A stretch of DNA of 64,000 nucleotides from Eledone cirrhosa (taxonomy: Eukaryota): the NCBI GenBank assembly GCA_964016885.1, contig OZ024741.1, positions 224,192,001 to 224,256,000 of the forward strand, in the 5' to 3' direction. Under the pieces are notes generated by a model that saw only the letters and a list, made by a program, of their open reading frames with translations, was not told where the DNA came from and did not search any database. This document shows, piece by piece, positions 1 through 12,781 of the stretch. The position numbers and the translations under genes are program-made. Within the stretch, counting starts at the first letter, position 1. Each line of letters opens with the position of its first letter.

Positions 1-281
1 GTTGAACATCAAATAAAATACCATTGCCATCTTTGTTCTGGCTCTCTACATTTTCAATTCAAGTTATGCCAAGGCCAACTTTGCCTTCTTGAGTTGATAA
101 AATAAAGTACCAGTTGCTTTAACCATTGCATTACCATATTTCTAATGAAAAAAAAAACACTGCTTATGATTGTTAAATGATTTTGAAAATAATCAAGAAT
201 TTGGTGGGATTTGGTAATATAACTAACTTTCTCATTATTAAGCTGGTGTCTGGAACATAGCTTAACGAAGGTTACTACACA

Positions 282-473
282 AAATAATTGTTTCTATATT
301 TGGCACAAGGCCAGCAATTATCCCAGTGCATTACTGGTACTTTATTTTATCGACCCCGTAAGGATGAAAGGCAAAGTTAACCGTGGCAGGATTTGAACTC
401 AGACCGTAAAGAGACGTAACTCTATGCTTCAAAGGATGGTGTCCGTCCCTCTACTGATACTGCCAATCCACCG
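282..473 (-). mobile_element. tRNA-derived SINE with Nin/Deu-like central domain
   Basis: Reverse complement of the copy at 46102-46290: tRNA-like head (TGGCAGTATCAGTAG / GAGTTCAAATCC) plus CTTTCATCCTTACGGGGTCGATAAAATAAAGTACCAG core. Confidence 0.8.
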
Positions 474-1364
474 GACAAAATAATGACGGAATGTTAGATA
501 AAAATAGACATTTCAACCCTTTTGTTACCATATTTCTCATGAAAGATATTCTATATTGTTCATCTTTAATGCTATTATCATTGAAGGTAGGTGATAATAA
601 TAGTAGACATTATATTAACGTGGGTTAATTCTTTTATTACCATATTTCTAATCAAAGACACTGCTTATGATTTTCAAATAATTTAAAAAATAATCAAGAA
701 TTTGGAAGGATTTAGTAATATAATTAACTTTCTCATTATTAAGTTGGTGTTTGGAATATAGCTTAACAAAGGCTCTTAAAATTATGAGGGAAGGTATTTA
801 GATAAATCTTATATTTACAGTAAACAGGTTTGTATCATTTGAATCTCTTACATATGCTTCCATGCTCTATCATGTACATTTTACCCTGATACCAGAAATA
901 ACGATGTTGTCATGTCATTGACACAACTAAAAGGTTCTCCCAACTCTTTGTTTGGCAAACTTACTATGACTGGATGCCCTCACTATCACCAACAACTTTA
1001 CAGCATGTACTGGGTTTATTTATTGTGTAGATCACTAACACTAGGGAGATTGTCATGTCCTTGACACAACTGAAGGATCCTCCAGACCCTTTATTTGACA
1101 ACAAACTTACTTACACAATAAAAAGAAATTAGTTCATAACCAAATAAATTATATATTTAAAAAAAAAAATAGGTAGGTTTGCAGAAATAATCTTAGCTAT
1201 CTAATTTGTTTTTATGTTAACTGATTTCAGCCATGGGTAGCTTTTCAAATTTACATTTCAAGATTACATTTGTGCTGAGAATGAATTTCCTAACACCAGT
1301 CACTGACCTGACTGAAGGACCCTAGCCACACTAGGGGAGGGGATGCCTTATTCAGATATAAAAA

Positions 1365-1910
1365 TAGGAGGTGGGAGTTAAGTATGTTGACATGGATCTG
1401 ATAGGAGGGGGGGGAGGGTAATGTAGGAGGGAGTGGAGGGTAGTACAGTGCCGGCTCCTGAGGAAGGAAATACTTTGTTTTAAGGTAGACATGTCAGGAG
1501 GAGAGGTTTAAGATGGATGACAGATATTCTGTCATGGATGTAGTGGGATTTACCAGGATGATATGAGCAAGAAACTATGACAAAAATGGATTATAGAAGG
1601 AAGACACGTCTTGGAGGGCAGTAAAAATAGACCCCCTTCAGTCACAAATGACTATGGGATTTGTACCTAGAAAGTTTCACCTCCAAGGCCCAAGTCTGGG
1701 CAAGGTTGTTTGTGGAAGACCAACAGTCACCTATGCATACAAGCCTCCCCTCTCCACGCCACCGATGATGTCCAAGGGAAAGGCTAACTTGGACCAAAAG
1801 CTAACTTGGACCAAAAGGCAGAGAGTAATGTAGAAGAGAGTGGAGGGGTACAGTGATGTTGAAAGAAGATACTAAGGAATGGTGGTAGAGGGGTTGGGTA
1901 TGAGTGGGAT
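1365..1910 (-). mobile_element. Highly decayed retroelement fragment (possibly Penelope-like linker region) interrupted by a SINE piece
   Basis: G-rich + strand like the PLE fragment at 23.6-24.4 kb. The minus strand gives IVSCSYHPGKSHYIHDRISVI (YHP motif). 1621-1800 is the reverse complement of the SINE tail at 9750-9878. Confidence 0.3.
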
Positions 1911-2049
1911 TTGAGCTCAGAATGCAAAGAACCAGAACAAATAACGCATGGCATTTTACCTGATGTTCTAATGATTCTGCCAGTTCACTACTATATCAAT
2001 CCAATAATTGAAAGAATATGCCATGTGTGTTTGTATATTTATTTATATA

Positions 2050-2464
2050 TAAAAACTGACCTTGCTCACTTACACCTGTCTAAGACAATGTCACTGGATC
2101 GAGATCTTTAGCACCATGCAGTTGTACAGAAGACCCGACTGCCCTTGCATACAAACCTAGTCAGTAGGCACCTCTTAACCCAATATACACCCCAACCTAC
2201 ACACCCTACTCCATCCTCCCTTTCCCGTGTCGATGACACAACAGTCCACACTGTAAGGTGGCAGTGTAGGAGACACGGTAAACATGCTCCCAGTCCACAC
2301 TGTAAAAGTAGTTGGTGTTAGGAAGGGCATCCGGCTGTAGAAAACCTGCCAGAAACAGTTCCGTACGGGCGAGACACGGTCTCCCGACCAATCCCGCATT
2401 AAATGGAACAAAACCATCTAACCCATGTTAGCGTGGAAGATGGACGTTAAACAATGATGATGAT
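2050..2464 (+). mobile_element. RTE LINE 3' end (ORF2 C-terminus + 3' UTR + (TGA)n tail)
   Basis: DLAHLHLSKTMSLDRDL matches the C-terminus of ORF 6847-7218; ends GGACGTTAAACAATGATGATG. Confidence 0.85.
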
Positions 2465-3048
2465 ATATCTATGTCTGTAACTCTTCAAAATTTAAATAGA
2501 CACACACACAATGCTGCATTTCCTATCTTTATCATGTTGCTACAGTAAGAAGTTTGCTTTTCAGTTACAAGGTCCTGGGTTCTAACCTTACATTTACCTC
2601 TGTAAATAGTTATTTCTCTGAACTTACTGCTGCATTTAATCCTGTATATCATTTCCATATATATGCTGGACATTTATGAAATTATATCTTAGAAATAGAT
2701 TATTAAAATATCATTTTTATCTTTAATCACTTCCATGTGTCAGTAATCAACATAAACTATAGTTATGCAAACCATTAAATTATCAAAATGCAAATTTCCC
2801 AGGTAATCTTACTATATATGGCATACCAATCCTAAATTTAAATATGTTCAATGCTATTGCCATCATTATTGACAGCACAGGTCCACGAGTAAAATAATAA
2901 AGAAGTTAAAAGAACAAACCATATTGATTGATAAAAATATTAATGAACAATATGTATGTATATATATATATGTGTGTGTGTGTGTAATGTTGTACTATGA
3001 AAGAATGAGCCCTTAATATGTAAACATAGAGGTAATTTATTATTTTAA

Positions 3049-3269
3049 CCCTTTAGCATTTACATTAGTCTATATTTATAATTGTATTTTTGTGGTAAAG
3101 GCTTTATCTTACATAATTATCTCACATAATATTGTATATATGAAATTTTGATGTTATTTATTTTGTGAACAATACCTTAACATCAGTATGAGTGGCCAGT
3201 TATGACTGATTTGAACAGGAAAAGGTGAGAGAATTCTGGTTGGATATGGCTGGTTTGAATGCTAAAGGG
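3049..3269. mobile_element. MITE with TTAA target duplication (piggyBac-like termini)
   Basis: TTAA|CCCTTTAGCATT ... AATGCTAAAGGG|TTAA terminal inverted repeats; further copies at ~25173-25371 and ~27674-27875. Confidence 0.8.
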
Positions 3270-3737
3270 TTAATACAGGATATTAGAAATACACTAAGCA
3301 TGTATTCTCCATTATCAGAACTTGTGCATGCATATAAGTTCTAATAAAGGAGAATATGTGCCTTTATTAATAATGTTTATGAAACTGGCAGTTTTTTGGT
3401 TTATTAATACCTTGTATTTAAAAATATATATAAAGAAAGGAAATGAAATTGGGACTGAGAATGTTTTACAGCTGTAAAAATATTCTCAAGAACCTGAAAA
3501 CCATCTATCTTGTCAAGACATTGACCTTTATCTGTCAAGACTCCCCAACCTCCACTGGTCAGAACAATGTCTTATACTGCCCCTGGGCGGATTTAACAAA
3601 GAAAAACAAAATTCTTGGTGACCAAGCTTCAAAAATCTATTTTCTCAATCTTGTGGAAGTAATTGAGAGAAAGACATAACTATATTGACTTCAGTTAAGT
3701 AATTAGTCTGAGATGAAGAATCAGTATCTATAGTCAT

Positions 3738-3935
3738 TTGTGTGTGTGTGCATGTGCATGTGTGCACGTGTGTGTGTATGTGTGTGTGTCTGTGTCTGTG
3801 TGTCTGTGTATGTTGTATGTGTGTGTACATGTGTGTGTGTGTATGTGTGTGTGTATGTGTGTGCATGTGTGTGTGTGTGTGTGTGTGCATGTGTGTGTGT
3901 GTGTACACGTGTGTGTGTGTATGTGAGAGATAGAT
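3738..3935. repeat. Imperfect (TG)n microsatellite
   Basis: Visible dinucleotide repeat. Confidence 0.95.
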
Positions 3936-4207
3936 AGATGAGGACAACAGAGTAAAGTTAATGTAATTGATGTTCAAATTAAACTGTTGAATGTGGATGA
4001 ATGAATAAAAAAAAGGAAGAGGCGATGTAGCTGCTCCCGGTAAAATAGACTCCCAGGCTATGTAGCCATTAAGAGTGTCAGATACCATCATTTGCGGCCT
4101 TTTACGGTCTGAGTTAAGACAATTTAGAAATATTTTCCACTATCAATTATTAAAAAACAAGTTAAAATCATTTAGTCGTCCATTCATAACATACGTTACA
4201 CTTCAGT

Positions 4208-5700
4208 TACATACACACACATCTACTCATAAATACATAAACATATATAAATAACAGAAGTACACACACACATATACACACACATCTACATGTAAATACA
4301 TAAACAGATATAAATAACAGAAGTACACACACACATATTACACACACATCTACACATAAATACATAAACAGATATAAATAACAGAAGTACACACACACAT
4401 ATTACACACACATCTACACATAAATACATAAACAGATATAAATAACAGAAGTACACACACACATATTACACACACATCTACTCATAAATACATAAACATA
4501 TATAAATAACAGAAGTACACACACACATATACACACACATCTACACGTAAATACATAAACAGATATAAATAACAGAAGTACACACATATTACACACACAT
4601 CTACACATAAATACATAAACAGATATAAATAACAGAAGTACACACACACATATTACACACACATCTACACATAAATACATAAACAGATATAAATAACAGA
4701 AGTACACACACACATATTACACACACATCTACTCATAAATACATAAACATATATAAATAACAGAAGTACACACACACATATACACACACATCTACACGTA
4801 AATACATAAACAGATATAAATAACAGAAGTACACACACACATATTACACACACATCTACACATAAATACATAAACAGATATAAATAACAGAAGTACACAC
4901 ACACATATTACACACACATCTACACATAAATACATAAACAGATATAAATAACAGAAGTACACACACACATATTACACACACATCTACACATAAATACATA
5001 AACAGATATAAATAACAGAAGTACACACACACATATTACACACACATCTACACATAAATACATAAACAGATATAAATAACAGAAGTACACACACACATAT
5101 TACACACACATCTACACATAAATACATAAACAGATATAAATAACAGAAGTACACACACACATATTACACACACATCTACACATAAATACATAAACAGATA
5201 TAAATAACAGAAGTACACACACACATATTACACACACATCTACACGTAAATACATAAACAGATATAAATAACAGAAGTACACACACACATATTACACACA
5301 CATCTACACATAAATACATAAACAGATATAAATAACAGAAGTACACACACACATATACACACACATCTACACATAAATACATAAACAGATATAAATAACA
5401 GAAGTACACACACACATATTACACACACATCTACACATAAATACATAAACAGATATAAATAACAGAAGTACACACACACATATTACACACACATCTACAC
5501 ATAAATACATAAACAGATATAAATAACAGAAGTACACACACACATATTACACACACATCTACACATAAATACATAAACAGATATAAATAACAGAAGTACA
5601 CACACACATATTACACACACATCTACACATAAATACATAAACAGATATAGACAACAGAAGTGCAAACCTACACATATGCACACACATCTACACATACATA
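4208..5700. repeat. ~64-bp minisatellite, ~23 copies
   Basis: Unit approximately ACACACATCTACACATAAATACATAAACAGATATAAATAACAGAAGTACACACACACATATTAC repeated head-to-tail with few variants. Confidence 0.95.
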
Positions 5701-5929
5701 TTCATAAATAGACACATTATAAAAAATAATTATTACATACACACACATCTATGAATGATTGAGGAAGGAATGGGCTGGTGAAACACTATAGCGATATGTG
5801 TCTTGCGCCCCTTTAGGGTTTACCGGCTAAATAGCCTATTCGAAAAGAAAGTCCTCAAAGAGAGGGATATTATGTGGTGGTTATCTATCTGGAGAAGAAG
5901 GATCAGACGATGTATTTAATATGTTATCT

Positions 5930-6116
5930 AGATTGGCGGTATCGGTAGAGTGTCAGAAAAAATGCTTTGCAGTATTTAGTTACGACTTTGGAGGTCAACT
6001 TTGCCTTTCATCCTTCCGGGGTCAACAAAATAAAGTACCAGTTAAATACTGGGGTTGATGTTATCAACTTTCAACTTTCTCTAAATTGCTGGCCTCATGT
6101 CTAAATAAGAAATAAA
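5930..6116 (+). mobile_element. tRNA-derived SINE (Nin/Deu-like), degenerate
   Basis: TTGGCGGTATCGGTAGAG head and CTTTCATCCTTCCGGGGTCAACAAAATAAAGTACCAG core. Confidence 0.75.
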
Positions 6117-6455
6117 TATGTTGTCTGGGAGATAATTCACATTTGTTGTTGTTGTTTAACCCTAGGTTAGACCTGATTGAAAAAACATACGATCAAAGAT
6201 GTTGACCTTGACAGATTTGAATTCAGAATATAAAGAGGCATAACTAAATACCTCAAAGCATTCTGCCCAATACTTGAACACTTCTGCCAATCCATACACA
6301 GATGGGAGGAACATGTGTGGATGAAGGAGTTGTTTAAAGTATTGGAATTGGAGTGGACTTCTACTATTTGATCAAATTAACAGATAAGAGGCTGAGCATT
6401 CCACAAACACATGTACCTATAATCTAGCATGACAGTCCATCTTCCAAACAGTTTC

Positions 6456-8995
6456 ATCATCATCATCATCATCATCATCGTTTAACGTCCATCTTCCACA
6501 CTTGCATGGGTTTAGACTGGAATTATCCCACTTGAGGCAAGATTGGTTGACTTGCTCGTATAGGACTGTCTGGCGGGTTTTCTACGGCTGGATGCCCTTC
6601 CTAACACCATCCACATTTACAGTGTGGACTGGGAGGTTTTTACCATGTTACCTACACGGCCACATTACACCGTGGACTGTGTGTTTTTTTTGTCGTGACA
6701 CCTACACGACCTCATTTGTTTCGGACTGGATGTTGTGGTACCAACATAACTTTACATTGGAAGGGGTGATGTGGATGTGGTGGGGTAGTGGGACGGGGGT
6801 GTACTTTTGTTAGAGGTGCCTACTGACTGTAGGTTTCGCTTTGTACTTAGGCAAGGCGGGTCTTCTGTATTACTGTGTAGTGCCAAAGATCTCGGTCCAG
6901 TGACATTGTCTTGGAGAGGTGTAAGTGTGTGAGGTCGGAATTTATCAAGTCGTCCCAGGTTTTTCTGGGTCTGCCAACTCCGTGGCTACCGTCTATTTTC
7001 ATCGCCCTGCACTTTTTTATACAGCTGTCGTCTTTCATGCGCATCATGTGACCATACCAACGCAGTCTTCTCTCAAGTAAACAACATCTGATCCCTCTTA
7101 TTCCTAATTTCTCCCTTAGTTCGTTTATGCTTTGCCGTTCATGTATATTACTATTACACATCCAGCGGAGCATGCAAGCTTCGTTCCTCTCCAGTCTGCA
7201 TATATCCTCTGCACACAATGCCCAAGTCTCACTGCCATGTTACATTGCTGTTCGTATGCAGGCATCATACAGCCTGCCTTTCATTTTTAGAGAGAACCCT
7301 TTAGCGGCCAATAGTGGTATAAGCTCTCTGAACTTTTTCCATCCCGTTCTGACTCTAGCTACTGTACTTTCAGAGCACCCTCCACCACTGCTGATTTTGT
7401 CACCCAGGTAACGGAAGGTGTTCACTATTTCTATAGAACCATCTGTGCAATGGAATGAGATAGTATTCTGTCGGCATTTGCTGCTACTTATTGCACCTGA
7501 GCACCGGCCACATATAAAATCTATATTCTTAGTTAGCTTACCTGTGATCCCACTACATCTTTTATGCACCCATACTTTGCATTTTGGACATAAAATGGAG
7601 TTTCTGCCTACTCCTTTCCTACACACTGAGCATGGCCATTTCCCAGATGGGACCAGTACCCTATTTTCCTTCCTACAAACTAGAACTTTAGTCTTAGACA
7701 GGTTAATTTTAAGGCCTTTTGATTCTAGGCCATGCTTCCATGTTTGGAATTTCTTCTCTAGTTCAGCCATTGATTCAGCTATGAGCGTTAGATCATCTGC
7801 GTATAGGAGTTCCCATGGGCAGCCGGTCTTGAACTCCTCTGTTATAGCCTGAAGGGCAATATTAAATAATAGGGGGTTAAGAACAGAGCCCTGATGAACA
7901 CCAACTTTTACGCTAAACTCTTCACTATATTCGTTGTTAATTCTAACCTTGTTGACTGTTTCTTTATACATGGCTTGTATAGCTCTCACAAGCCATTCAT
8001 CAACACCTAGTTTTCTAAGAGCCCACCAGATAATGGAGCGGGGGACTCTGTCAAAGGCTTTCTCCAAGTCAACAAAAGCTAAGTATAGGGGTTTACTTTT
8101 AGCTAGGTACTTCTCCTGTAGTTGTCGTACAATGAAAAGAGCGTCTGTGGTACTTTTACTTGACTCAAACCCGAACTGCATTTCATCTAGATCAATTCGC
8201 TCTCTGATTAGTTGCGCTATTACTTTTTCTGTGACCTTCATGACCTGGTCGATTAATTTAATGCCTCTATAGTTACCCCTATCTAGGGCATTCCTTTACC
8301 CTTGTAGCAGTTAATGATGATGCTGCTACGTCAGTCCTTCGGAACGACCCCATTCTGTATGACTTGGTTTACTATCCGAGTGACCATAGTGTGACCCACC
8401 GTTCCAGATGCTTTCAGCATTTCAGCAACTATTTCCGAAGGCCCAGCCGCCTTACCGTCTTCATATCTTTGATTGCCTTACTTATTATACTACCTTCAAC
8501 TTGCACTGCTGGTCCCTCTATTGGATCGATGTGGGGGAGACTGTCTTTCTCCCATTTATTCTCCTCATTTAGTAGCTTTCGTAGTGACACTTCCAAGCTA
8601 CCTTCTTATCAGCGTCAATGATGGCAAGTACACCATGGTCATTCAAGACACACTTCTCCCCAACAATATCACAGTTTTCCTTGACACATTGCCTAGCAAT
8701 CCTGAACACCTCACGATTTTGGTCCTCGCATTGTAGAACATGCTTGAACTTTCTTTCTCTTCTTGCAAGGTACACTTGTCTCCTAGCTTCCCTCCTGACC
8801 ACTTGATAGTCTTCTCTACTTCCCCCTCCCGCCATACTTTCCAAGCCTGCTTTTTGGCCTTAATTGACTCCTCCACCTTACTGTTCCACCACCACGTTAC
8901 TCTCCTCCTGCCTATAGGCCTGCTCCAGCCACAGACTTCATCTGCCGCCTTCAGCAGGTTAGCTTTCAGGAATTCCCACTGTTCCTCTATATTGT
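6456..8995 (-). mobile_element. 5'-truncated RTE-clade LINE (RT with embedded PHD-type finger), disrupted
   Basis: ORF 7240-8241 has RT motifs (FVDLEKAFDRVP, GVHQGSVL, LLYADDL, FRYLG); ORF 6847-7218 has the RTE-type RRLRWYGH...GRPRKTW C-terminus; (TGA)n tail at 6456-6479; stops and frameshifts present. Confidence 0.95.
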
Positions 8996-9529
8996 ATGAC
9001 TATTTCATTCACAACACATGGTCAACTGAGGCTATAGTAAATGACACATGCTCATAATACCATGCTGAGGGATCGAACGTGGGAACTTATGAAGGTGAAG
9101 TGAACTTTTTAATCATGCAGCCTTGCTGATTCCATAAAATGTGATATAGAAAGAATCACCAAAATGTAATTTTAACATTTAAAGTTTAGTGCTCCATTGA
9201 TGAATTTTTATATTTTTTATACTGTTTTCTTGAATAAAGTTCTTAAATACATTTCTCATTCTCAATTTGGTACAATGTCTGTATACCACCGGTCAAAACA
9301 CAGACTGCAACACCACACTTCGTTAAACATGTGAGCTGCTAGGAAAAGAAAACCAATATCTGGACATTAATATCTCAAACTCTATTAATGCTATATAGTT
9401 GTAATACTTCAAACTAAGATGAAAAGAATATGATATTCATTAGAGAGGAAACTTGTGTCAGACAGAGATGAAGGAATACTGAGAAGACAGATAAAGAGAG
9501 GAGTTTATATGTGTGTGTGTGTGTGTGTG

Positions 9530-9878
9530 AAGGCACATGGCTTAGTTGTTAAAGAGTTGGATTCACAGTATGTGAGGTTGGGAGTACAGTATGTGAGGTT
9601 GGGAGTTTAATTCCCAGACCAGCCAATGCATTGTCCTTGAGCAAGACATTTTATTTACTGTTGCTCCAGTTCACTCAGCTGTAGAAATGAGTTGCTACAT
9701 CACTAATGCCAAGTTGTAACAGTCTTTGCTTTTTTCTTGGACAACATTGGTGGAGTGGAGAGGAGAAACTGGTATGCATGGGTGACTGCTGGTTTTCCAC
9801 AAAAACACCTTGTGCCTTGGAGGGGAACTTTCTAGGAGCAAATCCCATGGTCATTCATGACAGAAGGGGGTCTTTACA
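9530..9878 (+). mobile_element. tRNA-derived SINE (CORE/Meta-like central block, alternative tail)
   Basis: GGCACATGGCTTAG head with a duplicated internal ~21-mer; CCTTGAGCAAGACA...CTCCAGTTCACTCAGCTGTAGAAATGAG block shared with 12822-13147. Confidence 0.75.
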
Positions 9879-9910
9879 CTTATATATATATAATTACAAC
9901 AGTGACATAA

Positions 9911-9960
9911 ACAGGTACTTAAGTTTCAATGGGTTCTGGACCCCAACTCATTCAGCCTGT
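9911..9960 (-). ncRNA. Inverted copy of the hammerhead ribozyme
   Basis: Reverse complement of 9979-10028 with one stem II change. Confidence 0.75.
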
Positions 9961-9978
9961 CTTTTTTTTTCTTTTATG

Positions 9979-10028
9979 ACAGGCTGAATGAGTTGGGGTC
10001 CAGAACCCAATGAAACTTAAGTACCTGT
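9979..10028 (+). ncRNA. Minimal type-I hammerhead ribozyme (CUGAAUGA core variant)
   Basis: acagg CTGAATGA gttggg(gtccagaa)cccaat GAAA cttaag TA cctgt: stem I acagg/cctgt, stem II, palindromic stem III, GUA site. Confidence 0.8.
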
Positions 10029-10359
10029 TTATGTTACTGTTGTAATTATATATACTAAACTCATCCTATAGACTGAGTGCTCTTACCCTTGGATATTTCT
10101 ACCAAACATTTAACTACAGTATCTATATATACATATAATAATTATGTAATCACACAAACCAGTCTTAACATTTATTTGTATAATGATACACCATCATTTA
10201 AAACATGATCTCATATCAATCGTGGATACCATACTGCCATCATAGAAATTCCATCTTATGTACAAAATGTAAGCTATAGGTACACAAAATATATAGTGAG
10301 ATTGCAAGCAGGCTTGCAAAGAATCTAGGCTTTGTATGAGGTTGATGCACGTGAGCAGT

Positions 10360-11522
10360 AAGCAACAAGAGCCCACATGAAACAAGTCCTATCAAATGCC
10401 TAGATGGCTTCCTAGAAATAGTTGACAGCTTCTGCTACCTGGGGAAACAAATTAGCAGTAGGGGTGGGTGTTCTGAAGGTACAATAGTCAGAGTGAGGAT
10501 GGGCTTGAAAAAAGTTCAGGAGACTACTACCATTGCTTGGAGTGAAAGGCAGATTGTATGATGCTTGTGTGCAAACAGTAATATTACATGATAGTGAGAC
10601 TTGGGCTTTGTGTATGGAGGACTTACGGAGATAGGAAAGGAATGAGGTAAGCATGCTCTGGTGGGTGTGTAATAGTAGTATACACAAGTGAAGAAACATC
10701 AATGAATTGAGAAAAAAGCTGGGTGTACGAGGCATCAGAAACAGGAGAGGAGACTGAAATTGTATGGATATGTAATGCATATGAACGATGACAGCAGCAC
10801 AAAGAAATACTGAGAGCTCAAGGTCAAAGGAACCCAAGCAAAGGAAAGACCTAGCAAAATGTGGGGTGATGTAGGGAGAGATGAGCCTCCCTACAGCTGA
10901 GCTTTACAAAAGAGATGACCTAGGATCAAGAAAACTGGCAATATTCCATAATAGAGAACTTGCCTTCCTACACATCTGTAATGAAACAGCATAAGGAGGC
11001 TGGCTAACCATCTACCTTCCCACCCCTAAATCTGATGAAGCAGGGAGGTGGTATAACACTCAGGTACCACCTACCAGTATACCTTTGATTCTCAGGTCCT
11101 CACCTGCTAGTATACTCCTGGCTCCTTCACCTAACCCATGCTAGTGTTGAAAGCTAGGATGAAACGTAACTGATTCACCTTCCCTGTTGAACCCTTGTAT
11201 CTCAATCCAGGAGAGCCAAGCACCCCAAACTGACAGATACTTCTCATCCACTTGCTCCAATCTCACCCTCATGATTTGGCTAGCCCACTTTAAGCAGCAT
11301 ATAAATGTAAAGTGGTTGGCATAGGGAAGAGCATCCAGCCATTGAAACCATGTTCCTAGTACACACTGTAAAGTCATTGGCATTAGGAAGGGCATCCAGC
11401 ATAGAAACTAAGCCAAAACAAAGCATGCTAGCAGGATCTAGCCACCTGACTGGTCTGGCCTCAGCATGCGGCAGCCGTCTAACACATGCACGCATGGAAA
11501 ATAGATGTTAAACAGTGATGAT

Positions 11523-11524
<2 letters not shown>
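10360..11524 (+). mobile_element. Old degenerate RTE LINE 3' portion
   Basis: Decayed homology to the RVRTGWKKFRELLPLL / GRLYDACV region; 3' UTR with TTAGGAAGGGCATCCAGC; GATGATGA tail. Confidence 0.75.
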
Positions 11525-11600
<76 letters not shown>

Positions 11601-11725
11601 GGAGGTGAGTTTTATTGTAGTACAATAAAGCAATGCAGATATCGGATAAGAAGCACTCTACAGTTTGTAGCACTGGAGTATACATAATATATAAGATCAA
11701 AAGATGGTTAAAGGAGTTCCATGTA

Positions 11726-11792
11726 TTTTATTATGCGCATTTCAAAAACAAACATCATCATGCAATAATATTTGTGTTTTCATCAGATAAAA
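11726..11792 (-). ncRNA. Inverted identical hammerhead ribozyme
   Basis: Exact reverse complement of 11915-11981. Confidence 0.85.
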
Positions 11793-11914
11793 CAGGAGGA
11801 CATGATATGAAGGCTAAAAAACACTTGTGGATAGTGCAGTTTTAAATCAACATATGTTGATTTAAAACTGCACTATCCACAAGTGTTTTTTAGCCTTCAT
11901 ATCATGTCCTCCTG

Positions 11915-11981
11915 TTTTATCTGATGAAAACACAAATATTATTGCATGATGATGTTTGTTTTTGAAATGCGCATAATAAAA
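11915..11981 (+). ncRNA. Minimal type-I hammerhead ribozyme
   Basis: ttttat CTGATGA aaacacaaatattattgcatgatgatgtttgttttt GAAA tgcgca TA ataaaa: canonical core, long stem II, palindromic stem III, AUA site. Confidence 0.85.
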
Positions 11982-12013
11982 TACATGGAACTCCTTTAAC
12001 CATCTTTTGATCT

Positions 12014-12060
<47 letters not shown>

Positions 12061-12385
12061 TATTATATTTAGAGTTTTAAACTCAAACAGTCCTTTACAA
12101 TTAATTAGCTCAAAGAAAGAAGCATTTCTGAGCCGTGAAATACAAGTTAATATAAATTGATATACGATAAACACATAAGTGTTTGTATTGCAAAAGACGA
12201 AGTTAGCTAGAATGAAATAAACTAATTAGAATAAATATAGTTTGCCTGTCTCGATTTAAAATAATAAATCAATAAAAACAAACCCATATTGGCAAAAGCC
12301 GTGATTCCTGGACAAATTTAAATTTCAAAATCCAAACCTGTTCCGTAGAAGAATTTGAACTTCATATATATATATATATATAAAG

Positions 12386-12468
<83 letters not shown>

Positions 12469-12473
<5 letters not shown>

Positions 12474-12781
12474 GAGGAATTCCAACTTTGTCTGATTTAC
12501 TCGTTTTATTTACAATCCTTTAAAATTGTGGTGACAGTCAAGGTTTGCAATTTTCAACACAGTTGAAAATTGCAAACTTGACTGTCACCACACATTATGA
12601 ACCTGAAGATTGCGAAAGCATGAAAGTACTTGTTCAATTAACACTTAACATTTAATATTCTATCATACTATTTCATTATAATACCATTATAAATTTTAAA
12701 GGATTGTAAATAAAACGAGTAAATCAGACAAAGTTGGAATTCCTCTTATTAATATAATCTTTTCTACACAATCATACACAC

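Larger units (their letters stand above)
9885..10122. mobile_element. Penelope-like pLTR relic: ~77-bp inverted arms + 3' tail, in (TA)n
   Basis: 9885-9961 is the reverse complement of 9978-10054 (2 mismatches); unique tail 10055-10122; each arm carries a hammerhead. Confidence 0.75.
11598..12022. mobile_element. Penelope-like pLTR relic forming a 338-bp perfect palindrome + tail, in (TA)n
   Basis: 11685-12022 is a spacerless palindrome centred at 11853/11854 (CAT|ATG); unique tail 11598-11684; flanked by (TA)n on both sides. Confidence 0.8.

Noticed and set aside
3297-3400. Imperfect ~68-bp palindrome with CTGATAA/CTAATAA and downstream GAAACTGGCAGTT
   Set aside because: Could be a decayed pLTR, but stems I and II cannot be formed.
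3645-5695. Numerous Cys/Val/Tyr/Ile-rich ORFs
   Set aside because: Translations of microsatellites and minisatellites; the same applies to the YIYI/VCVC ORFs throughout the window.
4208-5700. CRISPR-like regular array
   Set aside because: Head-to-tail units with no unique spacers, eukaryotic context, no cas genes; likewise 31973-32715 and 49290-49475.
7127-9057. Plus-strand ORFs overlapping the RTE
   Set aside because: Antisense shadows of the RT frame; they recur in every RTE copy.
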